Virus record (IMG/VR): IMGVR_UViG_3300028048_000085
Coordinates: 32,001-96,000 of that record
Source: a virus
Lineage: Duplodnaviria; Caudoviricetes
Strand: one strand, 5' to 3'
Length of the DNA: 64,000 nt
The notes beneath the pieces are model-generated. The model searched no databases. It had not been told where the DNA came from and was given only the letters and a program-made list of their open reading frames with translations. Position 1 is the stretch's first letter. The number at the start of each line of letters is the position of its first letter. This document shows, in pieces, positions 31,052 to 41,305 of the stretch. The position numbers and the translations under genes are program-made.

Positions 31052-31969
31052 ATGAACAATATTAATTACTTAGAGCAGATTGCTCCAATCACGTACAATG
31101 TCAATGCTGATGGCAAACCTGTTAAGACACGTGAACACAATGAATTATTTACAACTGGGTACGATCTTGATGTATTAGGACACGAGGAGAGATCCACTAT
31201 CTATGACGAAATAATATCAAGAGGACTTGGATCCGCTTCTCTGAATTCGTTTCGTCAAGGTGTTGAGTATGATTCTAAACGTAATAAGTTATTTCAGATT
31301 CGAGAATATGTAGCACTTAATGTGACTGATCTGGTAAACTATAAGATGATTCAGTTCATGCAGGATGCTTTTGAGGTTCCTACAGGATTAACAGCTCAGG
31401 ACTTAACTTATCTTCGCAATGCTGTTAACAAGTACTTTGATGAGATAATATTTAGAGCGGCATACCCTGACCTTACGGCTGAGATTAATACAGATCCTAA
31501 TAAGCCGGAAGTCTTACCAGAGATAGTTCGATTCGATTTGTTACTTGAAAGAGTCATTGATACCAGTGTTACGGATATCTTTGAGAATAGAATTCTCTTA
31601 TATGTAAATTTTCCAAATCGACCAGATGGATATGCACAGATGTATGGTGATAGTGATTTTAACACAGAGGTTCGTCATCTTATGTTATCTTATCCATTGG
31701 AAGAGGATATGATTAATGCAGTATTAGAGAATCCTTTAAACCGGTATACGTATATGACTGGAGTATTACGTGATATGGCTAGTTCATGTATTGTGGATTT
31801 ATCTTATGCTTTTAAGCAGGTTGCTGCGACAGCAGCTAAGATGTTAGATCTTAACAATGTAAGCTATGCAGGCAACACGATCAAACATCAGCTTTCTGCT
31901 GGTAAAGATGCAGACTTATTGAAGCAGATTAAAGCAGATTATTTCACAGAAGATGATAAAAACGAGTAA
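31052..31969 (+). CDS. Hypothetical early protein
   Basis: 305 aa after the promoter at 31002. Confidence 0.65.
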   Translation: MNNINYLEQIAPITYNVNADGKPVKTREHNELFTTGYDLDVLGHEERSTIYDEIISRGLGSASLNSFRQGVEYDSKRNKLFQIREYVALNVTDLVNYKMIQFMQDAFEVPTGLTAQDLTYLRNAVNKYFDEIIFRAAYPDLTAEINTDPNKPEVLPEIVRFDLLLERVIDTSVTDIFENRILLYVNFPNRPDGYAQMYGDSDFNTEVRHLMLSYPLEEDMINAVLENPLNRYTYMTGVLRDMASSCIVDLSYAFKQVAATAAKMLDLNNVSYAGNTIKHQLSAGKDADLLKQIKADYFTEDDKNE

Positions 31970-31987
31970 AGAAAAGAGGTATAAACA

Positions 31988-32863
31988 ATGATAGGGTATA
32001 TGGCATTTTACAAAGAGTTGACATATTGTGGTAAGCAGTATGAAGTAGGCAAGACGTACGAAATAGAAGGTGGGCCAACTCCATTCAAGCAAGGGTTTAT
32101 ATTTTATAAATCGATTTCAGATTGTTACTGCTGGAATGTAATGAGTGAGGTTGTACGAATTTGTAAAGTTGAAGTACTTGGGAATGTGGCCGATATGGTG
32201 GTAAATAATAATATCCAGTACAGTACAAATAAGATCAGGATTGTAGAAGAGGTATTGGAAGATTGGAAGAAGAAAGGTAATAGTGAACCAGATAATACTG
32301 GTTATAGGAATTGCGGTCATGGTAATTCCGGTACTGATAACTTCGGTAATTTCAATACTGGACATAGTAATCATGGTGCTGGAAATACTGGTATGTGCAA
32401 CATTGGCAATTTCAATGCTGGTAATTGTAACTCTGGTAATTACAATTCTGGCAATGGAAACAGTCTTGATTATAACTCGGGCGATTTCAATTCCGGTTAT
32501 TGGAATTCCGGCACTGGAAACTTCGGTGTTTTTAATACAAATAAAAACACAAAGATCAAAATGTTCGACAAAGAAAGTGATTGGACTATTGATGATTGGA
32601 AGGAATCAAAAGCATATGGAATAATGTTTGATTGTCCTTGTGCATATCTTGATTTTGTCCCAGCAAACAAAATGACTGAAGAAGAAAAACAAAGGCATCC
32701 TGAATACGAAACAGCTGGTGGATTTTATAAAGTATTCGAGGTCACAGTAGAAGAAAAACAGAAATGGTGGGACAAATTGTCAGAAGAAGACAAGCAGGAA
32801 ATATTCAACTTGCCAAATTTTGACAAGGATAAATTTAAGGAATGCACAGAAATTGAGGTGTAA
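31988..32863 (+). CDS. Pentapeptide (N-x-G-x-x) repeat protein of clostridial prophage type
   Basis: QYEVGKTYE N-terminus, a run of N-x-G-x-x repeats, LPNFDKDKFKECT C-terminus. Confidence 0.8.
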   Translation: MIGYMAFYKELTYCGKQYEVGKTYEIEGGPTPFKQGFIFYKSISDCYCWNVMSEVVRICKVEVLGNVADMVVNNNIQYSTNKIRIVEEVLEDWKKKGNSEPDNTGYRNCGHGNSGTDNFGNFNTGHSNHGAGNTGMCNIGNFNAGNCNSGNYNSGNGNSLDYNSGDFNSGYWNSGTGNFGVFNTNKNTKIKMFDKESDWTIDDWKESKAYGIMFDCPCAYLDFVPANKMTEEEKQRHPEYETAGGFYKVFEVTVEEKQKWWDKLSEEDKQEIFNLPNFDKDKFKECTEIEV

Positions 32864-33059
32864 TAAGCATCTTGTGAGAAAGGAGGTGAGGTCAATTATA
32901 TGATAGAAGATCCAAATCATTTTAAGAAAAATATCAAAGCAGATCTGGAAAAAGAAAGACTGGCATCAGAAGATCAAGATATAGATACACCTAAGACTTT
33001 TAAGGAGAAGGTAAAAGACTTCTTCTCAAAATTAAAATTACTCAAGGAGGATTTCAAAC

Positions 33060-33887
33060 ATGAATGAAATTCAGAGCACAAATAATACGATGTTTCCAGA
33101 TGAAAAGATCATTCAACCAGTAACATTCTTCGATAATAAGCGTCATACGAGTGAGCAGTTATCTGTTCTTCCTATGGAGATTATGCAGTCATTTAACAAT
33201 CACATTGTAGAGGATGCTCCAAATGTTAGTGAATTAAGACATACCCATATTGCAGCATTAGATGCAAATAATAAAGATATGTCAATAATGAGCACTGCAC
33301 AAGTTATTCAGAATATCACATGGAACACATTCTTCTCAATGATCGATTATAATGATCTTGCAAATACATTCCATGTGAATGCTGCAGCAGCATTAATTGG
33401 TGATATATGTAAAACATTCTATGAGTGTTTTGATTTAGGAGGATTACAACAAATTATTCGCAGTGCATCTTATCCACCAACACCTATAATGATTCAGTTA
33501 GATGAAGAAAAATTCAAAGAATCAGTTCAGGAATATTGTAAATTTTGCAAATATGTTTCTGAACAAATTACAGTGTTTTGCTTGTGCTCTATTTCGTATG
33601 CTGTTGATCGGGCAGCATCTAGTATCACATCAGATGGTTTGCTTGATATGGCTATGCAATTGTCTGAAAATTCACCTAAATCCGTAAATGAGATTATTTA
33701 TGATTTAGATGGAAAACTTCGGTTATACTTTAAACCAATTATAGCCAATATGCAGCCAATACTATTATCAAATATTGAGACCATAATTATTGACAATTTG
33801 CAGATGACACATCATACTGTATTTGGTGATATTTTTGATTTCAAGAACAATGATACTCTTAGTGATAAAGCTAATCGTAAATTCTAA
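33060..33887 (+). CDS. Hypothetical protein
   Basis: 275 aa, AGGAGG RBS. Confidence 0.65.
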   Translation: MNEIQSTNNTMFPDEKIIQPVTFFDNKRHTSEQLSVLPMEIMQSFNNHIVEDAPNVSELRHTHIAALDANNKDMSIMSTAQVIQNITWNTFFSMIDYNDLANTFHVNAAAALIGDICKTFYECFDLGGLQQIIRSASYPPTPIMIQLDEEKFKESVQEYCKFCKYVSEQITVFCLCSISYAVDRAASSITSDGLLDMAMQLSENSPKSVNEIIYDLDGKLRLYFKPIIANMQPILLSNIETIIIDNLQMTHHTVFGDIFDFKNNDTLSDKANRKF

Positions 33888-33960
33888 AATAATCATATAC
33901 TATATCTTTGATAGTAGTAGCAGACAACACACAGATTATCAAAGAAGGAGAGTTAATTAG

Positions 33961-35271
33961 ATGGCACTTCAACAAGTGGATTTCTACACGGGAGAACCTG
34001 TTACTGGTTCTCCCAACAATTCTCCTCCTGATGATGCAGCTCAAATGGCATCGTTTGGTAAGTGGGACTATGATCCAAATTATCGCTCCCAGGTAATGAT
34101 GAATCAGCAACCATGTTACCAACAGCCAATAATGCAGCAATTCCCAGGAGGATATGGTTATAATACAAACCCGAATCCAGGTCAAGGGTTTATGAATCCA
34201 CCAGTCATTGGCTTGGGTTCTAATCCATATTATAACCAACAACAGACACCTTATCAACAAATGTTGCAACAGCAACAAGCATTACCATCAACAGTTGTCA
34301 TACCAGCACTCAATCGAAATGGTCAGTATCTACCACCATTAGATATTGAAGAGCGTATTGATCAACTTGAGATTGATATTTGGAAATCTCAAGAAGAGCA
34401 AACAGCTAAGCAGAATGTTGACCGTATGATGAATGGTGGTGGTTATCAGTATCCTTATATGAATAATGGTTTTAATTATTACGGAACCCCCTACTATAAT
34501 CCATATTCATATAACCACGTAGATTCTCAATTCCAAACAGAAATTTCTAAGATTCAAGATCAAGCTAGAGAAGCACGTATTGAATTTGATACGCGTATAT
34601 CAAAACTAGCTCACAAATTTGCAGGGGGCAATATTACAGATGCAGAGATCGAAGAACGATATCATGGTAAAGTGGTACCAGTTCCAGAATCAATGAAAGC
34701 ATTGCTACCAGATATTGCAGAACAACAACGTTTAGATCGTCTTGTACCATTTGACAATTCTGATTTCTATCGAAAACAGTATTATGATAGAAAAGCAATT
34801 GTTGATAGATTCATCGATCCTAATGCAGATGCTGATACTTGCTTTGAAAACTTAGGACTTCTGATTGCTTATGACGAGATGGAAGAGGAAATGCACCGTC
34901 GTAGAGATGGTGGTAATTTGTATGATCATGATAGCAATTCGTATAAATATTTCGTTAGGAAGAAGGCAGAAGAAAGATATGCGAGAGAGAAGGGTATCGA
35001 CCCTTCAATATTACATGGCAAGGCATTGCCAGATCTAGATTTTAAACAGATTAAACAGAATGCACTGAATAGTTTCAGTACATTAAAAGGAGCGACACTA
35101 TCGGATGATGGTACGCTCAATATAACTTGCAACTTTGGTAAACATGCGGGGGACACATATAGTGTGCATAATACTAATGAGGCAGAGTATGATAGTAAAC
35201 GGGAACGATTCTCCCAATTTATAGATTCAATACCTGGTTCTATATACGGGGGTAATCAATATGGACATTGA
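33961..35271 (+). CDS. Hypothetical protein with Q/N/Y/P/G-rich low-complexity N-terminus
   Basis: 436 aa after the promoter at 33892. Confidence 0.7.
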   Translation: MALQQVDFYTGEPVTGSPNNSPPDDAAQMASFGKWDYDPNYRSQVMMNQQPCYQQPIMQQFPGGYGYNTNPNPGQGFMNPPVIGLGSNPYYNQQQTPYQQMLQQQQALPSTVVIPALNRNGQYLPPLDIEERIDQLEIDIWKSQEEQTAKQNVDRMMNGGGYQYPYMNNGFNYYGTPYYNPYSYNHVDSQFQTEISKIQDQAREARIEFDTRISKLAHKFAGGNITDAEIEERYHGKVVPVPESMKALLPDIAEQQRLDRLVPFDNSDFYRKQYYDRKAIVDRFIDPNADADTCFENLGLLIAYDEMEEEMHRRRDGGNLYDHDSNSYKYFVRKKAEERYAREKGIDPSILHGKALPDLDFKQIKQNALNSFSTLKGATLSDDGTLNITCNFGKHAGDTYSVHNTNEAEYDSKRERFSQFIDSIPGSIYGGNQYGH

Positions 35272-37210
35272 TAGAAATCGTTCTTTTATACTAGACAGAG
35301 TTAAGTCTAGGACTACTTCTATTGAAGAGTTTAACTTCGATCAATTAGCAGCACCTCCACTGAAATTACTACTATCATCTACAGATATTGGAGACTTGCA
35401 TTATATCGCAACATCTGTAAAGTTGTCTGCAAAGCCTGAGCAGAAATATAAGTACATTGATGAAATTATGAAGCGAAGAGGTTTTGTAAAGTTTGGTGCT
35501 GGTACAAATCGTACAGTTTATCGCTTTTTAGAAGACCAGTCGTTCTTAGCAAAGATTGCATATGATTCTGTTGGTATGGGAGATAACCCAGCAGAGTTTC
35601 GCAATCAACAACTATTAAAACCATTTGTACCAAAGACATTTGAGATTGATCCAAGTGGTGTAATAGCTTTAGCGGAGAGAGTGAATCCTATAACTTCTAG
35701 AGAAGAATTCTATTCTGTAGCAGATGATGTGTTTACATTAATTGATGAATTTCTCGTCGGAGAATATGTGTTAGCAGATATTGGATCAAACTTCTTTATG
35801 AATTATGGAATTCGTAAGAACTTTGGTGTTGTTCTTTTAGATTATACATATTGCTATCCATTAGATGGTAACAAGCTGTATTGTAATAAACCAGATCCTA
35901 CTCAACCTTCTGGTAAATGTGAGGGTGAGATTGATTACGATGCGGGCTTCAATCATCTGTATTGCAAAAGATGTGGTGCAATGTATAAAGCAAAAGAACT
36001 CGCAGCAAAAGTAACAAAACAAGAAATCGTAAGGAAAAGACAAGGAGATATTAAAATGAAAATTCGTGTAAAGGGTGGCTCAAAGAACTTAAATATGGAG
36101 AAGGATACATTCACAGGTGTTGCTAACACTCCAGCTAGACCAATCGTTAAGACAAATGTTAATAGTGTAAAAGCACCAGAGCCAGTTATTAAGAGAGCAG
36201 TGAATGGTATTGAGCCGGTTGAAGATGATAAGATTGCAGAGGTAGAAATGAAGGTTACTAATAGAATTGAAACACCTGTTGCTAGGAGCATCAATGATGA
36301 TATTAGAGAAGCAGTTATGAAAGTTGCTGATAGCGATCCTATTAGTGATGATGGTGAAAATGTTGAAGACAGCGTCTCAGTAACAGAACCTGTTGCAGAG
36401 AGCCCAAAAAAGGTTACTTCACCAATCAGCTTTGATGAAAGTCTCATGAATGATGCTGCGAAAGCTGAATTAACAGATACTGATAGAATCTTGATGCTCA
36501 TTGATAATATCAAGAATCTTGTTGATAATGTAACAGATGAAGGTGATCGCGAGATAATCGCTGGTAAGCTCGATGATTTGATTATTAAGAAGGATCTTGG
36601 ATTCTATAATACTCCTGAGTTACGAGTTACCCATGGAATCGATGTTATTAATGATAATATTGATAGTATTGAGGATGAAGCTGATAAGATCGAATTCTTA
36701 ACAGACTGTGCAGTTAAGGAATTCATCGAGAAGAATTATACTATTACAGCAATTGGTGCTAGTATTAATGATCCTGAGAAGCCAAATTCACTCGAAGTTA
36801 CAGCTGGTATGTTTGCTAATATTTCAGATTCTGAGGATCCAATTGTGACATTTGATTTCACAATAGATATTCCGGAATCAGTGGCAACATTAGCAGAGAA
36901 TGGTTCTGATAAGGCGCCATATGTTACACAGTATATGGCTTATAAAGAGATCCTGAAGACAATTGATCCATTGTCAAACTCTGACAAGCGTGTATATGTT
37001 GTAAGAGATGAAGATGGTAATATTGTTGCTGATAAGAATGGATCTCTCTTGGTTATCAAGGCTCTTGATGACAATGATGTAGATGATGTGGATGTTGTAC
37101 CATCTACATATATGAAGCAGCTTACATCTCATCATGAAGTTGAAGAAAAGCCAATTGCTCCGGGAGCATTACCAGCAGATGCTGCTGAGTATTCGGTAAA
37201 CGGAAAGTAA
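35261..37210 (+). CDS. Protein-kinase-like protein with Cys-rich motif and acidic C-terminal region
   Basis: Gly loop FGAGTNRTVY, AKIA lysine, helix-C-like E, catalytic-loop-like ADIGSN..N, DFG-like LLDY, then C-x10-C...CKRC. Confidence 0.7.
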   Translation: MDIDRNRSFILDRVKSRTTSIEEFNFDQLAAPPLKLLLSSTDIGDLHYIATSVKLSAKPEQKYKYIDEIMKRRGFVKFGAGTNRTVYRFLEDQSFLAKIAYDSVGMGDNPAEFRNQQLLKPFVPKTFEIDPSGVIALAERVNPITSREEFYSVADDVFTLIDEFLVGEYVLADIGSNFFMNYGIRKNFGVVLLDYTYCYPLDGNKLYCNKPDPTQPSGKCEGEIDYDAGFNHLYCKRCGAMYKAKELAAKVTKQEIVRKRQGDIKMKIRVKGGSKNLNMEKDTFTGVANTPARPIVKTNVNSVKAPEPVIKRAVNGIEPVEDDKIAEVEMKVTNRIETPVARSINDDIREAVMKVADSDPISDDGENVEDSVSVTEPVAESPKKVTSPISFDESLMNDAAKAELTDTDRILMLIDNIKNLVDNVTDEGDREIIAGKLDDLIIKKDLGFYNTPELRVTHGIDVINDNIDSIEDEADKIEFLTDCAVKEFIEKNYTITAIGASINDPEKPNSLEVTAGMFANISDSEDPIVTFDFTIDIPESVATLAENGSDKAPYVTQYMAYKEILKTIDPLSNSDKRVYVVRDEDGNIVADKNGSLLVIKALDDNDVDDVDVVPSTYMKQLTSHHEVEEKPIAPGALPADAAEYSVNGK

Positions 37211-37272
37211 TATAGTATGGTATAAGGTTAGTATAAATAACTATACTAACCTTATATTATTAAGAAAGGATA

Positions 37273-37596
37273 TTGCTAATGAGATCAGAAGAATTCTATT
37301 CTGTAGCAGATGATGTGTTTACATTAATCGATGAATTTCTCGTCGGAGAATATGTGTTAGCAGATATTGGATCAAACTTCTTTATGAATTATGGTAACAA
37401 GCTGTATTGTAATAAACCAGATCCTACACAACCTTCTGGTAAATGTGAGGGTGAGATTGATTATGATGCAGGGTTTAATCATCTCTATTGTAAGAGATGT
37501 GGTGCAATGTATAAAGCAAAAGAACTCGCAGCAAAAGTAACAAAACAAGAAATAGTAAGGAAAAGACAAGGAGATATTAAAATGAGTATTCGGTAA
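37273..37596 (+). pseudogene. Internally deleted partial duplicate of the kinase-like gene (open 107-aa frame)
   Basis: Copies of ~35701-35808, ~35869-36059 and ~37190-37281 are joined at microhomologies. Confidence 0.75.
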
Positions 37597-37669
37597 ACGG
37601 AAAGTAATATGGTATGGTATAAGGTTAGTATAAATAACTATACTAACCTTATATTATTAAGAAAGGATA

Positions 37670-38071
37670 TTGCTAATGACATCAGAAGAAATAGAGTTGA
37701 TTGTTCATAAAAGTCTAGAAGAACGTGGAATGCTAAATTACATTCCGCGAAATAAAAATGAGCAAGAGGTGTATAATCTTAGAATCCTTGATGCTGGCGG
37801 TGTTGTTAATCCAATCATTCGTGAACGTTATCAAGATATAAACAATAGATTTGATTTATGCTTTCTAGCGAATGATTCCCGGTGGACTGTATTGGTAGAA
37901 GATTCTCAATCTAGTGATCCTGATGAATCACCTATCAAATCTATCACGATTTATGATGATAATGATCTACCAGCTGAAGAGAATTTCGAACTAGCCCTTG
38001 ATTATTGTAGAAGTATATATGGTGAATTGCATCGAGTTGCAGATTCTCCAGTATTCTTTAAGAAGGAGTAA
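37670..38071 (+). CDS. Hypothetical protein
   Basis: 133 aa with RBS. Confidence 0.6.
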   Translation: MLMTSEEIELIVHKSLEERGMLNYIPRNKNEQEVYNLRILDAGGVVNPIIRERYQDINNRFDLCFLANDSRWTVLVEDSQSSDPDESPIKSITIYDDNDLPAEENFELALDYCRSIYGELHRVADSPVFFKKE

Positions 38072-38074
38072 GTT

Positions 38075-38731
38075 ATGTTACGAGGTACAATCTATTTAAC
38101 GAATAATCCAAATATAATATATCAAGCAGATTTACGCACAACAAAGATTATTAATATGGATGAAGATGGTATCTTGCAGGAGAACAAAAATATCTTAGGA
38201 GGAACATGTTTATTACCTCCTGTAGAAGCTAAGATAGCAGAAGCAGACGGCAATGAACAATTGTACGATATGAGTTACCACAATCATTTGTTGGAACCAT
38301 ATCAGCAGTTCTTCATTGCTGCTATCATAGCTGCGTTGTACAAAGGTGCTAATCTTCTTATCTTTTTTGATGAGATAGGATATACGAATACAACAAAGAA
38401 GTTCGTAGAACAGATGTACATCATTTATGGTATACACATCGGTATTATCGGTGAGCAAGATCCAGCATTAGCTAATTGCTATTATGATAATAAATGTATT
38501 CCTATATGGTTGAATCTGATCTATTCTGCAAAGATCATCGATGGATATGAATTCTGCTTACAGTATCCACCAGATGCTGAGTTAACAAATCCACAAGTAA
38601 TAAAAGATCTCATAGAAGAAATGAATCCTGTTGGTAATACACTTCAGGAAAAGTTCCATGAGTTAGATCGGTACAGGAAGGATTTACATTTGAATCCTAA
38701 AGTTATTATGCCGATATCTTCTATCGTATAA
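38075..38731 (+). CDS. Hypothetical protein
   Basis: 218 aa. Shares an L.PP...Y.N..L...LY.G..L pattern with the next ORF (probable paralogs). Confidence 0.65.
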   Translation: MLRGTIYLTNNPNIIYQADLRTTKIINMDEDGILQENKNILGGTCLLPPVEAKIAEADGNEQLYDMSYHNHLLEPYQQFFIAAIIAALYKGANLLIFFDEIGYTNTTKKFVEQMYIIYGIHIGIIGEQDPALANCYYDNKCIPIWLNLIYSAKIIDGYEFCLQYPPDAELTNPQVIKDLIEEMNPVGNTLQEKFHELDRYRKDLHLNPKVIMPISSIV

Positions 38732-38742
38732 GGGAGATTGTT

Positions 38743-39243
38743 ATGTTATTTTATGGTAACTCTAGTAATGTAGTTGGAGATATTGTTTACAATATCTCCT
38801 CTATGAATGAGAAATATTTTCGTTTAGCAACTCTACAACCACCAAACAATATTGGATATCTTACTGATCGTGATTTCGATATTGCTTATGCAAATTATAT
38901 ACTTCAGAATGATATCCCGTTCTATCAGTTCTTCATGATCATATATCCATTATATATGGGAAAAGATGTATATCTTATATCTGGTGATGAAAATTGGAAT
39001 GAGAATCTGATTGAATCGATTCTGAAACTGATTCAGCAGAGATATGGATATGAAGGATTTCAGGTAACTTCACAAGAAGATTATCTATTCTTATCTTCCA
39101 GAACATCTGATTTCGATCCTGGATATGGATTGATTAATTTGGATCAAGATAAGAATCGATTCTTCAATCTTGATATTATCATGAGAGAGCGATTTGGTAC
39201 AAGTAGTGGATTTTGGAGTTATTCAAATGATGGAGAACTTTAA
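38743..39243 (+). CDS. Hypothetical protein, probable paralog of 38075..38731
   Basis: LQPP...YANYIL...LYMGKDVYL. Confidence 0.65.
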   Translation: MLFYGNSSNVVGDIVYNISSMNEKYFRLATLQPPNNIGYLTDRDFDIAYANYILQNDIPFYQFFMIIYPLYMGKDVYLISGDENWNENLIESILKLIQQRYGYEGFQVTSQEDYLFLSSRTSDFDPGYGLINLDQDKNRFFNLDIIMRERFGTSSGFWSYSNDGEL

Positions 39244-40045
39244 AGGAATATTAGACCGAATCGAATACTTTACGCCTATCAGATATACTTCTGGTAGGAT
39301 CGTAGAGTATGATGGTAAGGCAGCAAACATTAATGCATTAAAACTAACAGGCAAGATTGACGATACAATGTACAATTATCTCAATAATTTGCCTAAGAGA
39401 GATCGAGAGATTTATATTGGTAAGCTGACTCGAACTTCTAGATCATATTATGATGCCATACAGGATGGTATTATGAAATGTAAGATGGAATTGATTCGTC
39501 AGAATCATATAGAGCCTAGTCAAATCATTCGTATTGCGAATGATGCTGTCTATATCAATACACCATACGATCTAAAGCATACTTCATTTTTTGATAACCA
39601 ATTTGAATTCAGAATAAAGAGTATATCAAATGTAGCAATGTATATCAGTGACGAAGTTTCTATATTTGTATCATTTCTGCAGAATGATCAGATCAGTATT
39701 GATGTAAAAGGTATATCTGACGATCTATTACAGTTCCATCAAATGTATATGTTGGGATTCTTGGCAAATTTAGTAAGATCCGTGGAGCGTTCTGGTATTG
39801 GTGCAGCTATCCAGTACTATAATCAATTCTATAAAGATTATATCAATTTAGATCTGCCTATTGGATTTTATCGAGAGTTTTCTAGTTCTTCTATGTATAG
39901 TCTAAAAGATGTTGATGATCTGTGGCATATGTCTTTAGGTGTTACTGTTCTACCGGAAGGAACTACTGTAGATATGATTGATATAAACTATAATCTTAAT
40001 GTCTTGAGAAATATATGGACAATATTATTAGGATTATATCATTAG
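39194..40045 (+). CDS. Small DNA polymerase-palm-like protein
   Basis: IVEYDGKAANINAL (motif-A-like Asp), IRIANDAVY (motif-C-like Asp), DVKGI. Confidence 0.45.
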   Translation: MVQVVDFGVIQMMENFKGILDRIEYFTPIRYTSGRIVEYDGKAANINALKLTGKIDDTMYNYLNNLPKRDREIYIGKLTRTSRSYYDAIQDGIMKCKMELIRQNHIEPSQIIRIANDAVYINTPYDLKHTSFFDNQFEFRIKSISNVAMYISDEVSIFVSFLQNDQISIDVKGISDDLLQFHQMYMLGFLANLVRSVERSGIGAAIQYYNQFYKDYINLDLPIGFYREFSSSSMYSLKDVDDLWHMSLGVTVLPEGTTVDMIDINYNLNVLRNIWTILLGLYH

Positions 40046-40060
40046 ATCGGAGATTTTTAC

Positions 40061-40429
40061 ATGGGTGAAATTATATTGTTTGATGTCTATGATCTAGATT
40101 CACGATTTAATCCATTTCGTAGACGTCAAATTAGAGAATTAGTAGACAAGATGTTGGAAGATAATGGTTATGGGAAATGTAAAAAGAGCGTTATCAAGAT
40201 GCAGATTGCTAATGGTTTGGAGCCTTCTGGTATTATAGGGATCGAAGATATATACGTACTACTACAAGGCTACAACTTACCAGATGAATATTTCGTAGAA
40301 GTATATAACTACTTTAAAGGAAACTACAAGAACACGAGCCGATCTACTAGATGGATAGTATTGCCAATCATATTTACCATATTGATTATCATGTATATCT
40401 TGTCAAAGATTGGAGGTAGTTTGTGTTAG
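40061..40429 (+). CDS. Hypothetical protein with C-terminal transmembrane helix
   Basis: WIVLPIIFTILIIMYIL. Confidence 0.55.
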   Translation: MGEIILFDVYDLDSRFNPFRRRQIRELVDKMLEDNGYGKCKKSVIKMQIANGLEPSGIIGIEDIYVLLQGYNLPDEYFVEVYNYFKGNYKNTSRSTRWIVLPIIFTILIIMYILSKIGGSLC

Positions 40430-40791
40430 ACTTTAGAAGGGATAATAATATTATCTATGCTGCACGATATTATAATTGTATGCGATTTCGTTCAAATAAT
40501 GTAGACTACACCTTTTCTGAACTTAAGAATGATCTTAAGAATGCATCATATGATGGTCCATTATCATCAATATATGATGGATCTTTAGTTATTCGTAATG
40601 GTGGATATGAGTTTAGTCCACACTTTAATATGAGTCATTACCAAAATAGGAATCTAACTGCTATACCATACAGATCTCATTGGAACAAGACAATGCACAG
40701 TGCGCAGCTTCGCGATTGGGATGATACACCACCAGACGAAGTTATTGATCGTATGAATGATATGGTTGAGTGTATAGTGAGTGGTCGTTAA
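40423..40791 (+). CDS. Hypothetical protein
   Basis: GTG start after GGAGG, terminator downstream. Confidence 0.55.
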   Translation: MLDFRRDNNIIYAARYYNCMRFRSNNVDYTFSELKNDLKNASYDGPLSSIYDGSLVIRNGGYEFSPHFNMSHYQNRNLTAIPYRSHWNKTMHSAQLRDWDDTPPDEVIDRMNDMVECIVSGR

Positions 40792-40852
40792 CCGAGTCAA
40801 ATAATATCCCACATGCTAATCAAAGCATGTGGGAATTTTTATTTTTTTTGTT

Positions 40853-41305
40853 TTAACTCATTAATTGAGAATTGTATGTATCTACAGCAACGATAGAGTA
40901 TTCTGTCACACGATCATGTATAAATGCAATAAGGTCATCTGTATTCTGGATCTGTCTTACAAGTTTGAATCTAAAAATCCAATATTCAGATACTTCTAAT
41001 GTGATAAGTTTTGTAAGATCCCGGCGCATCTTATCTTGATCTTTACTGTTGATGTGTAGTACTTTTGATACTCTAAAGTTATAGATGATGTATCGATCAA
41101 TATATTTGCGGAAGTATTTCTCAATCGATTCTTCTAATGCTTCTATATCGATAGAAGCTAGCAATTCTTCAGACTTTAACTTATTAGATTTCTCCAATAG
41201 TTTATTTTTTTCAACCAAATACTCTGTTAATATTGATCGTGTAACAAGTCCTATAGTTACACAGATTGCAACAATGATTGATAGTGTATAAATATTAGTA
41301 ACCAT
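40853..41305 (-). CDS. Membrane-anchored hypothetical protein
   Basis: N-terminal TM segment IYTLSIIVAICVTIGLV. Start reassigned to ATG 41305. Confidence 0.6.
   Translation of the reverse strand: MVTNIYTLSIIVAICVTIGLVTRSILTEYLVEKNKLLEKSNKLKSEELLASIDIEALEESIEKYFRKYIDRYIIYNFRVSKVLHINSKDQDKMRRDLTKLITLEVSEYWIFRFKLVRQIQNTDDLIAFIHDRVTEYSIVAVDTYNSQLMS

Noticed and set aside
32270-32540. 15-nt periodic sequence as another non-coding array or DGR template
   Set aside because: It is the in-frame N-x-G-x-x pentapeptide repeat of ORF 31988..32863 and does not match the VR.
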